From Bilabrum cf. latius (lineage: Eukaryota): a stretch of DNA of 64,000 nucleotides. Positions 51,401 through 63,102 of the stretch are shown one piece after another. Numbering within the stretch: the first letter of the stretch is position 1; the number at the start of each line of letters is the position of its first letter. The position numbers were made by a program, and so were the translations under genes. The stretch covers positions 2,170,001 to 2,234,000 of the forward strand of contig OZ237735.1 in NCBI GenBank assembly GCA_965178125.1, read 5' to 3'. The notes under the pieces are model-generated. The model worked only from the letters and a program-made list of their open reading frames with translations, was not told the DNA's origin and did no database searches.

Positions 51401-54400
51401 CCTGAGTAGACTCATCAACCACGTCCACAGGAGGAGACAAGTCGAGTGGAGTCATCTGAGCATCAAGCTGATGCTCATCGTTTGTTAATTCTTCGTGCTA
51501 TACGGCATCAGTGCTGTCACCAGTCAACCACGTGATCCACGATCTAGCATGATTCGACTCCGTGTCAATCCAGATTCCACGCTGTCGCAGCGTCTCTCTG
51601 TGGAGAATGACCGCCAAAAGTGACAAAAGGTCCCACAATACAGATTTCACAAAGCCTCGACCCCCATACACTGCCTGATACTTAAATAAGCCAAACAGAA
51701 CGAGCGGCTGAATCCCAGCGCCTTCGATGATGCTCGTTGGCGGCTGGTAGTCTGCTCCGCAGAACGAGGACGTCCGCAACTCCCATTCAGTGTTCGTGCT
51801 GCCCGCTCCAACCATGCAGAAGAAGGGAAGCTGTACCGCGAATTTCAGCAGCAGCACTACGATCAAATACACAATCACGAAGTCCCACTGGGCAGCGGAA
51901 GGTCTCGGGTAAGCTGCTAGATGCACGAGAACGTATGCCCCGAATGGTGCCATCGAGAGGAAATTGGCCTGGGTCACCGCAGATACAAAAAGAACGAACC
52001 CGGTTAGAGCTTTCGTGTGGCTGAGCATGACTCTGACGAAGAGGAAGCAGACGAGCACCACCTTCGACACAGCGGATTCTGGATAGGCTGCCCGGTCAAT
52101 GTCTGCGTCATTCTGCCGCTATACGAGCGTTGATATCACCGTTGATTCACCGTCGGCAATTCGTACCCGCAGCGCGCTTCTTCGCGGCGGCGTGGGCTGC
52201 GCGGCTTGCGGTTCAGGATTCGCCGGGGGTGCTGTGGGTGATGCAGCTACGCCGTCATTCCCAGTGTTTCGGAACACCGGCTCCGACCGAGAGGAGTCCT
52301 GATTGTGCGCGCGGTCTGCCGCACCAGCTGCGGCTCCTCCTGAGCCCGTTTGGTTCGAGGCTCTCGCGAAGCCCTAGCCAGTTTCGCTTTCGAGACCAGC
52401 CCCGATGCTCTATCCCGTGGAAGCACTTGCATAGGAGCGGATGGAGAGTCTGCGGACATCGGCTATCGTTGGGGCGCGGGGGCGACCCCCTCCAAAGGAA
52501 AGCATCTCAGCATCAGCACCTGACATGCCCCGCCCTCTCGCATCGCTGAATACGGAGTGGGCAGCTAACCTGCCTTCCTCGTCCTCGGCACGATCAGCAT
52601 CGGAGAGCTCTCTTTCTCTGCCGCTCTCACCCCGTGCAGATGATCCTGTCGGAGTTGTACCAGTCGTACCAAGCGCCATGGATTCACGGGCTGCCAGGCG
52701 TAAGTCCTCCAATTTGTCTCTATTAGAGTCCATCCAAACCTGCCAAGCCAAGCTGTCCTCCTCGTCATCAGACGATTCCGCGCCAACCTCTTCCTCCTCT
52801 GGTGAAAGTTGATCGGGCACGGTTTCGCCCGCGCCACAAATGCCACACACCATCCAAGACCACCATACAGGCCCATCGTCACCGACAGTGGTATCAGTCA
52901 TCCCATCATCTAGGTTGAAATCGGCCGTAGCATGCCCACAGTACGAGCAGCACCCGGCCGCAGGCTCGTCCTTCTCGCGGGTTCCAGCTCCTTCTTCAAC
53001 TCCACCCTCCTCGAGGCTGTTCTGCTGATCATCCAATCGTTTCGGTCCAGTTGCCACAGCCTCGAAAATCAGACTCAAAGCGTTCGAAAACTTGCTGTAG
53101 TCAACGATGCTCTTGGGATAGAGAATCCTGTCAACGCTGTCGTGCAGCGCATGGATAATGCTGTCCAGCATCCACACCATGAAACCGGAGCAGCCATTCT
53201 CGCAGCCGCAACTGCCCTCTTCAAGCGCTGCTATGGCGTCATCCGATCCCTCGTCGGCATCTGCGCTGTCCTGGGATGCCCGAGTAGACGATCGTCGAAT
53301 GGCACCAGCCTGTTCATTGCTTCGATCCCGACGAATCGATGCTCGCCGCTGGCTAGGTTCCTTGGCTTTTGGATACGCAGCAATTTTCTTCGCCTTCTCC
53401 TTCACATCATCACGGAGGGCAAGTCTACGGTCGACGAATGCTGCTGGGCGCTCCCCATACTGCAATGCCGACTCCAAGTTCCCAGTCGTGGCAGCGACAC
53501 CGCCATCGACCCAGCTAGACATCGTGATCTGAATAGGGTCACTGAATCGTCCCATGCCAGCTTCCGTCTGTGCGGCTACCTTGATTCGATAGTCGAAGGC
53601 CGGGTTGAGGCCTCTGACAAGCGCAACCTTCACGCCAGGCTCCGTTCTCTTTGCTACTGTGTATCCGAACATGGAGTGACTCACAGCAGTCTCGGAGTGC
53701 ACTCTCATCTTGCGCTGCCATGCCACGATGTACTGCACGTTGTCGTCATTTGTCTCACCACGTGCCTCGCTCAACTCGCTGCCGGTGGAGTTGGTCACAG
53801 AGGAGCGATCGTCATCCGCCTCCCCCTACTCGTCCTCCTCAGCTGGATCAGGCTGCTCTCGGCGAAGACCCGGGGTGTCGTCCGCGGCAGCACTCGGGCC
53901 TCTGCTAGGCGAACCACTGTTCTGATCAGGTTCAGCGGCTCTGAAGCCTTTTGGCGGAGTCCATTGCACTCGAACACTGCTATCTGGCAGCACATCAGCG
54001 CAGACATCCTGTGGCGGTGCGGGTGGCGAGAAGCTGGACCCACCCTCGTCGATGTCACCAGAGAGCAAGTTGTGCCACTTCTCCGTTTTCTGAACCAGCT
54101 TTGACAGTCGCATCCTGAGGCGTTTTTGCTGCCGTGCTAGTGATCGAGACTGATGTGCTCGCTCGTCTGCCTCCATCTCCATCCAGACCTTGCCACGGCG
54201 CTTAGCGCGTTGCTAAGACGTACTAAGATACGCCCGAACAGACATGTATGAATCCGACTGGTACAGCTGCAGCTGCATCGACACCAAAATGAGAAGGATA
54301 AATGACGTGAGAATGCCATTCTGCGCGTTAAACGGGGATGGACAGTCTCCGTTGTTCGTAAGTCCGTCAGAACTCGAACTGATAGACGCATTGCCTGCGG

Positions 54401-57400
54401 GTGCCGCGCTCGCTTGCATGGAGCGCGCACCGTGAGCAAACTGGTGCAAATCTCCATCGCTGAAGCCATCATGCAGAACCTCCATGGAAGTGAAATCGAC
54501 GAACGATGCTGCGTCTTCAAGCCAGCCATCCGCTGCAGCAGTGTCGACATCTTCTGACAAATAAACTGATGCCAATTGGCGCCCGGTCCCACCCGCTGGT
54601 CCAGTGTCATCGAAGTCGCCCAAGCTGTCGAGGGCAAGGCAAGGATCCGAGCCATTGATCGTGATGACTCTGAACTTCTGCAGTCCAATGACCGTCTGCC
54701 ACGAGAAGCAAAGGCTTGTGGTAGAACACTGCTCTGGGGGAGGGATGAATGGAGCTTGGTACACGATCTAGAGGAAGATGACCAGCATGTTGAACCATCT
54801 CAGTCCAGTGAACATCGGGTCGGATGCCAGCCTAGACCTCGTCGCTTCCGGGCTGTACATGAACCACAAAGAGAACACAAAGTAGCCGCCAATGATGATG
54901 TTCTGCTCAGACTGAATGGAAGCCACCAAGAAGAGGACCAGGATGACTAGGTTCCAGCTGAGCAGACCGATCTTCATCTGGATCCAATCCCAGGCGCTCG
55001 CCATGGTTTGAGCTAGTGCAAGGTCTTGGGTAAGATCCGCTTGCCCAGCGCCGGAATTGCTGGAGATGCCCGTGCGTACAGATCGCGCCCCGGCGGCAGA
55101 AGCTACCGGGGTATCAACTGAGTCCGAACCCCGAGCCACAGAAGCAGCTGCCGAGGCGGAAGATGCGGCCTACCCGTTCTAGATCCCTTTGCCTGCACTA
55201 CTACTGCCGGCAGCAGCTTCACTCTAGGGCTCATGATTTCCATCGCGCTCGACGTCATTCAGAAGCCTCGGTTGGAATCTTCGGCTTCTGCTTCGATGAG
55301 GGTGGTGGTGCTTTTTGGACTTCACATTGAAAGCTGCGTCGGTTCCAGTTCGCTGCGCTTGCTGCAACGCCGAAGCGATTCGATTCGCGTACTTGTCTAG
55401 CCGCTCAGTCTTTGCTTCTTGCTGGCGGTTGAAGGCTCTCGACAGAGCCCCGGCTAGCACCTCGCCGGCATACAGGTGCAGAGCAGATTGCCTGAACCGC
55501 CGGATCTGCTGGCGTTCGACACTTGCGTCCGCACGGCAAAGCCAGTCCAGGTCTTCCGTGCTGAGCACCGGGAACTCTGCTTTTATCTGCCTCCTCATGA
55601 TCTCAAGATCGAGACTGTCGCCAGCGCTGTCCGTGTCTTGGCGACGGACCGACCCAGGAAGCAAGCTCGCCGACTCGGAGTCGGCAATGGTATCGCCGCT
55701 CTTTGAGTCGTCGTCTGCAGCACTCTGCGACCGTTGCATTGCCTACGATCTCGCGCTCTCCTACTCGATACGAGAGAAACCTGCCGTAAGCTGCAGCAGA
55801 GCCTCTGCTGCCCTTTGATCCGTCCACCATTGGCGCTTCGTGAGGCTGGCGATGAGCAGTGCAATGAAATCCGGCAAGAGCTGAAGCCCGGTCACAGTTT
55901 CGCCGACCCCAAAGTAGTACTGCAGGCTTGCGTCTTGAGACCACGGCCACACAGTGTTTCTAGTCGAGTGCAAGAACGGGGGCCAGCCAACTGTAGCAAT
56001 GTAGCGAATAGTAATCATTACAGCAAGCATCGTTGTGAGAGTAGGCCATAGCCATGACCGCACAACGCCTTGGTTCGCCGCCAGATGCTATTGCACAGCA
56101 GCCTTGGCAAAGCTCTGAGCCGGAGACGCAGGCTTGTCATCATCGTCATCTGCTGATGTCACATTCCGGTGGTGGCTCTTTTGAAGCTTTCTCTTCGTGG
56201 CGGGTTTGAACAGATGTGCAGCTGCCTTGTCATCACCCGCGACAAGCAGTGCAAACACTGCCATTAGCAAAAGTATGACGGACCAGATATCAAGGTGGCA
56301 GAACGCGGCCACCACAAGCGCTACCGCGGTCAAATCGTTAAAAACCCGCGCTGAATGACGCTGCAAAGCTTTTCGGAGTCCTTGCCACAAGGACACCTTG
56401 TTGCGATTCAAACGGGCTCGCAGCGCAAGAACGTGCTTTCCGGCGGCCAGAATTGCGCGGTCTCTGGCGCATAGGCCTTGGCGAAACTAGTAGCTGGAAG
56501 CAGCCGCCGATATTCCCTACTGTTGCGAATCAATGTCCTCGACGGCTTCGCTCACGCTGCGGCGCAGCTTTGGGCTACCGTCGAGTAGCGCCGCAATCGC
56601 AGCAGCAGATTCGCTTCCATCTGCAGCGACGAGACGATGCAGAATCGGGGCGTTGTACATAACATCGTACCACGCAGCTAGGCCCAACACGAGTCTAGGA
56701 TCTGCAAGGTCGATGTCCGAATCCTCTGTGATCTGAATGGGCGGCAGCGACTCTTTGGGGGGCAAAGGTCCGTAGTACGACTGCACAGAGGATGACACAA
56801 ACCGGCTTGGTGTGATCACATTCGCTCTTGACGTCCCGGCATCAGGGTTCTGTCGCGTTGAATCCGGCGAATCGCCCGCCGTCGCTGCCGCAGCAGCACC
56901 ACCTGTAGATTCTGGGGAAGATGTCGGGCTCCTCCGTTTCGAGTCTGCGCCTGTTGGGCTCCCAGTGCGTCTGGCCGGCGTGCTACTATCCTTTCTATCT
57001 TGTGTGGAATCCGCTGAACCGCTCGTTCCAGACCCTCCAAGCGCCCTGAGACGAATTCGCTGTATCCGTTGCTCCCCGACGCGACGAAGCAGCTCGACAG
57101 CCGCCCGTTCATGGGACCGCACAGAAACTTCGGTCTCATCTACTAGTCGCTCCATAGCAAGCGCATCCAACGAGCCTGTGCGTTCCAGCTCTCGAAGCTC
57201 CATTGATTCCGCTCTCATTACGTACGATTCGTAGTCATGCGACCAACGCTGCAGGATGCATGCGGCTATTATCACGGCATAACCGACTAGTAGCGACCAC
57301 ATATCATCATAGGAGATCTTGGAGGGGTCTCCGCTTTGCCCGTTGAACTTCGACTCGATGCGGTAAAATCCAATCCACTAGGTCTCATCGCTCTCCCCGT

Positions 57401-60400
57401 ACCAAGTGCCGCTACGGAAGACCTGGAACTGGTAGGCAAAGCTTAGTAGGCACATTATAACACCATACAGAATCACAAGCAGCCAAACGTCCCTGAACGG
57501 GCGTCGTGGTGCTGACGCAATGCGCTCTCGACGCAATAGCTGTGGCATGTAGCCTGCCCTGTAAGCTGAGATAGGTGCTGGAGGCAGGCGCACCGATGAA
57601 GCGGCGTGTCGCAGCAGATGCTCGGTTGCTGCCTCGATCCCTGAGGTAGCTCCATGGCCAGCTGCAAAAGCACCTTCTAGTCTCCTTGCTGCTGCACGAC
57701 GTGCCGCGGCTGCTGACGACCTGCTGCCGTCTGAACCGCTGCTGGAGCCTCCTCCGCTCTCCGACTTGTCATCAAGAGCGACATATCCGTCAAAACCTGG
57801 CTGCACACCCTCCTATTCCGCAATCTTGCGGGCTGCGTGTTGCATATCTGCGTCAATTTTCGCGAACATCGTCACACTGGATCCGGTGCGGGCACGCTGC
57901 CTACCCGTCTCGGCAGCCAGAGTATCAGCAAAGAACTGCACCAGAACTGAGGTAAGGCTCCGACTCGCTCGGAGCTGCTTGCGCCGACGGTAGCCACGAA
58001 TTCGACCGGTGGGTCCCGATGCTGCCCCACTGCCATCCTCGTCATCAGAGGAGGCGTTAGCCTGTTCCCACACCCTAGCAGGGTCCGGCAGTTCGTCAAC
58101 TAGGCGACGAATCTGCCTGGCTGGCATCCCACCTATTTGAACGGCACGTTCAACGGTCATTGCAGACATCTAGCTACGTCGCCTGTCTGTGACGTCAGCA
58201 TCGGACACATCTTGGTCTTGCTGCGTGCTGCACAACCAGCAGCAGCAGCAGAGGCACCGACAAGTCAGCACGTAGTTCAAGCAGGACGTATCAAGTCCAG
58301 CAGGGTCCTACCGATACGTCATGACTGCGGCAAAGATTGTGGATCCTACCGCCAGCATAGTTCCTGTCACAGTGTCTTGAAGAGTCGCAACGACAAATGC
58401 CAACAGGAGCGTCAGCTTTCCGGAGTGATAGAACGCGACTTTGCGGTACCAGTCATACGCGCTGTACAAGAAACGCATGCAAGGATCGTCCGCCCTGAGC
58501 ACATCCTCGTCGTTTTCGATCTGCAGGGTGGCCTCCTGGTCGACTTGCCCGACAGAGTTAGAGGAGCCAGGAGTGAGGCTAGAGGTATCGTACAGGCTGC
58601 TCCGGATCGCAACTCCTCTCCGGCCACGAACGGAGGCAGAAACGGAGCCCGAAGCTCGAGCAGCCCTGACGAACTCTTCCTTGCGGGCAAGCTGAGTCGC
58701 CAAGTCGCTCAAGAAACCTATCTGAACGACCGTTAGCAGCAGCATGGCGAACGAGTCGAGCAACGACACATACAGATCACCAGAGTAGTTGTCGTCCACG
58801 TATCGTTCCAAACCCAATTCCCTGACGGTCAGGAACCGCTGTAGGTCTAGCTGCTTCCAGAAACGGTCTTCAAACCAATTTGCAAGCCCACCGAACTAGA
58901 AAACGTACCGCGCGATCAAATACCCGGCCTAGATTGCGGCCATCACAGTCATGAGGTACATAATCGCTGCAGTCGCAGAACTGCGCTTGATCGGCGCTCG
59001 GACTCCCATCGACAGGTGGGTCCCCATGAGGACAAACAGCATGATCAGTGTCACCAATCCAAGGCAGTCTGGCTCTGGAAGTAAAGATAAGCAGAAGTAG
59101 ACAGCATAGCAAAGCCAAACGCCGTACCTCTGCATAGTCTTTGCTACAAATGTACCGCCGCCGGCCAGCCATTCGTACCTTGCAGTGAGTTCCTCCAGCT
59201 GTTGAGAGTAGACACCTTCTTGCTCGTCAATGTACTGTGGAAGCTGGATCATGCTAAACACGAGGATGATTCCATTCGATACGAACGTGGTCCTCCACAA
59301 CGGACTGCTGTTTGGCCCCACGACCAGCCCGACCACCCACGGAGGCGTGTTTGCCGTCGCGGGGTTGATGTGGTGCGCAGCCACGTGCCAAATGAACAGG
59401 AACGTTATCGCCAGGCTCGTATAGATCACCAGCCAGCGCCAGTAGTCTCTTCTCAGACTGCTTGACACGAAGAAGACGATAAAGATGATCACATACCCCG
59501 TGTGAATCAAGTCTACGTGCGAAAGTCCCAGCACGTACAGGACCGTGAGAGCGACAACAAACGCGTAACCTCGCAACAGGACCAGCGCCGCTGCCACGAG
59601 TGAGTACAGGCTGTACGGCCCAGGTCCACATGAAATGTCCCAACAGGTGTTGTAGCGGAAGTTGCCATGCGTTGAACTTCCGGCCGATGACTCTGTCTCC
59701 GTTGTGGAGTACGAACGCAGGGCACGCTGTGGTTTCGCTGGACTTGGGTGATTCCTGTCGCCGCTTCGCTGTCCAATCAGTGAGCTTGAAAATACAGACA
59801 TTCTCTTTCCTGCGAAAACCCACGACGAAGAGAATGCATGGCGACGATGAAACGTAGCCAGAAGTCAGTGATGGTCTTGTGCGAGTTCATCGTGTCTATC
59901 TCACCTCTTGTAGCCTTTGGAGAAGGTGCTGGGCTATCTGCGAGCAGAGATAAGGATGAGGGGCACACATGGGCGGTAGGGGGGTAAATTCACGAGGGTA
60001 TGAATATGATAAGGTAGATGGGGATTAGCTCACTGACGCTGCTGTTGTCGAGCGGATTGGCCGCAGGGCCGATCTCATCGTCCGAAACGCCCACAGCGGA
60101 CGATAACACACCGCCTCTGTCGGATTTTGAAGCATGCGGCGCATCGTTGTTCGGTGCAACCAGAGCGTGCAAGGGGCTATGAGGCCCTTGGCCAGAAAGA
60201 CCTCCGAAATCCTACTCTGCATCGTCGTGCTGCCCAGCAGACATCCTGTCGGCTTCTCGCGCGGACTGCTGCAGCAGCGTGACCTTGTGGTAGAGAGCCA
60301 AGATCATGAGCAAAGCGAAATTCAGCAAGAGCCGGACGACCGGTCGTAGCAGAGGTACCATACCGCACAACTACCAGACCACATCAAACTCGTCCCGGAT

Positions 60401-62720
60401 GACCCCGCGGCTGTCGTATGGCCCGCCCTGCAGACGATTGGATTCCAAGATGGCGTCCGGCTGCCGCCAGGCGCCAAAAATGCAAGCAGCATAGAATGCT
60501 ACCGCTAGAGCAGCAAGATAAGGAACAAACAGGTACAGCTCTACCCGAGGCCGATCAAACTTCTGCTAGCGGCTATAACAACTGGCCGTCCACAGAACCC
60601 AAAGGAGCAGAGGCAGAGTGGTCAGGCTGGGGTAGGTAGTGCACCAAGCTATCACGAGAACCCCAAGGATAGAAAAGCCTAGCTTTCCTGCGATAATCCT
60701 ACCAGCGACTTCACCTACTAGACCGGATATGCTAGTAATCCGGTCACCGGATCTTGATTTGATCAGCCCCCAGCAGTTGACGCATGTTGCAGCATCCTCG
60801 AGTTCCGTCGACCGATATAGGTCAACTTCGCCCGCATACCCTGACTTAGAGACAACAGAGGCTGGTACACTCACGACACTCATTCTAGTATCCTGACGCG
60901 ACCTGTACCCAAGGTGCCGCATCGCATTATAATCAGATGCCGAGCCAATTCCCAGTTCACCAGGTCGGCTGGATTGCGGCGGCATCTCGAGAGAGCTCAT
61001 GTGAGCCGAATCCCTTCGGACTCCCTCGCGCTCCAGCAAGTCGTGGTCATCAGGGTGCTCTGAAAAGGACCCTTGGCCTCCGCGAGGCGGACTGGCCGAC
61101 CCTTGTCCCGACTCACTCGAATCCTCTCCTATCGTTGCAAGCGGCGAGGAGCCGCCAATTGCGGCCACGGCCGAGTTCCTCCCGGCGATACCGCGATTCG
61201 GGGGACGAGGGGGCGTCGCTCTCCGCTTTGGAATAGCAACAGAAGCGGAACGACCACCCCCAGACATTGCGATGCCGGACCGGCCAGCCATAGCCTTGGC
61301 GCCGCCAGCTGCTGCGGCAGCACCGCCACCTTGAATTGTAGAATTGCTGCCCATGTGAGATGCCCTCGCAGCGCCTCCGCCTGTAGAGCCTTTCCTTTCT
61401 CCAGATGGGTCGTTTTGACCATCGAGCAAAGGGGCCGCGCGATCGGCGGCTGAAGAGTCAAGCCATGCGCTAACTTCAGTGTCGCGACGCGATTTCTGAG
61501 CGGATGACGACGAACCACCCTTGGAGGAGACCCCGCTGATGGCGGAACCGCGCTTTCCAAGCGCCCCGTGGGCATCTGGCAATAGGGATGGAGAGCTGGC
61601 CAAGCTGCTTGGCTTTGTCTCATTCTGCAGCCTTTCTGCTTCGAGTGCAATCCTTCTCACTCGCTCCTTGGCTTCGTGGTACCGCTCTCCCTGCTTGCGG
61701 GCCTGGTCGACTTTCCCGAGCACGCGCTGCGACACGGCCGCGGCAAACGCGTGTAACAGGCCCATGGCGGCGTAGCTTGCGTACACCGTCCAATCAGCTG
61801 CGTCTGTCTGCAGCTGAAGCAGACCCAGGCTCGCACCGACCCTTCGCAGTCGCAAGCGGTCACCCTCTGAAGCGCCCTAGGCGTCAAGGATGCTGGGCAT
61901 GAGCTACCAGAGGTGCCTGTGAAAGGGAAAGATAATAAGGATTCATACGACAGGCGGTACGTGTGCTGGTGTGATCAACTTTGTGCGAGGCAAGGGACTA
62001 GTAACTAGGACGGCTGGGTGAGCAGTTGCATTCTCACAACAGTATCAGCAGGCCACCTGAATACACGTAAATCAGGTGCGCAAACAACTAATCGTGTGAA
62101 ATGAATGGTTCGCGGAAACTCTTCGTCTGTGTCAGGCTCCATCGCAAAACCTGCAGTAGCAGCCCAACGAACAGCGGAGCTGTCAGAGTCGTCGGACGAA
62201 GAATGGATGCGGCTATCAGAGCACAAATGAAAGACGTGGAGGTAAGGCCACGTGCTGATCCTAGAATTGTCCAAGACTTGCGAATCCGATGGTGCTGGAT
62301 AGACTAAGTGAACGCCACCCAGGTAGCGGAGACTATCAGTACGATAGCATCCGGTGCTACTGCCATGAACCAGTCTCCGAGGTTTTCATTCTTGAAAAAT
62401 CCAGCTATGCGCCAAGCAATCAAGCTCCCACTTGTCCCAGATTCGGCGAGAAGGGCTTGAAATATGACGTGCAGCAGGCAAGCGATAGCTGCAGTGCATG
62501 TGGACACCAGCGCAACAATGTACTGCTACTTCGGCTTCCGGCCGAAAAGGCTCAACGGAGACGAAAATACGGGAGCTAACCCGAATGACGCAATTGCAAG
62601 CATGCCATAGACAAGAGAGAATATGGATGGGCGCACCGCAGCGGCAGCCACAAGAACTACCCTTGCTACCCAAGTCGATATCAGGTATCCCTGCGGGGAT
62701 ACACGAGACCGTCTGGCCAT
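48423..62720 (-). CDS. PIEZO: Piezo-type mechanosensitive channel (~4661 aa, 4 exons)
   Basis: ATG 62720 (in-frame TAA upstream), N-terminal VVLVAAAAVRPSIFSLVY, many TM clusters, PFEW-type motif IPFLFELRQILDWT..TSMDVWMWL, inner helix SILAVYTLIIVTLGGLIR, C-terminal LLELCDGIRLAQ...LYRLLLRLHRSPEVLLRIT, TGA 48423-48425. Introns at 61917-62037, 59938-60033 and 59810-59904; all other breaks are TAG. Confidence 0.95.
59810..59904 (-). other. Spliceosomal intron (95 nt) in Piezo
   Basis: AG|GTGAGA donor, CTGAC branch-like motif, TTTTCGCAG acceptor; restores the frame into KRMSVFSS. Confidence 0.8.
59938..60033 (-). other. Spliceosomal intron (96 nt) in Piezo
   Basis: GTGAGC donor, C/T-rich body containing an in-frame TGA, CTCGCAG acceptor. 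Confidence 0.78.
61917..62037 (-). other. Spliceosomal intron (121 nt) in Piezo
   Basis: GTGAGA donor, long pyrimidine tract TCTTTCCCTTTCACAG; joins GLLIL-L-HLW(TAG)L in frame. Confidence 0.88.
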
Positions 62721-63102
62721 GGCCACTTTGGCTTCAAATGCGTCTTATTGGCTTGCGAGTATCTCAGACCAGTCAACTGTGCTTGAAAACGCGGCGGCGA
62801 TCACTGGATTCCGCAACTGCAAGGTGTGTTTCTCCTCAGACACAAGCTCCTTCGAGACCAATTGCCGATTCAACAATGTCTTAATAGGTATCTGTATTTC
62901 CGAAACCTTGATTGAGGGGCAGTTTATTGCCCCAAACCCACTCAGATTTGCATGCCAGCGCCTGGTCTTTTTGCCGATGATCTTCGCACGCAACAATTAT
63001 TTGAACAAACCAGATTTCAGTACCAGCCTTTGGCAGCCGTATACTCAGCATTCAATACTAGTACGACGCCCTTTATTTCCCCAATTCGTTGATAGTTGTG
63101 TT

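Noticed and set aside
62623-63102. 5' extension of the 356-aa ORF upstream of the RWD domain
   Set aside because: It overlaps the Piezo start on the other strand and the AT-rich spacer; RWD similarity begins just after ATG 63103.
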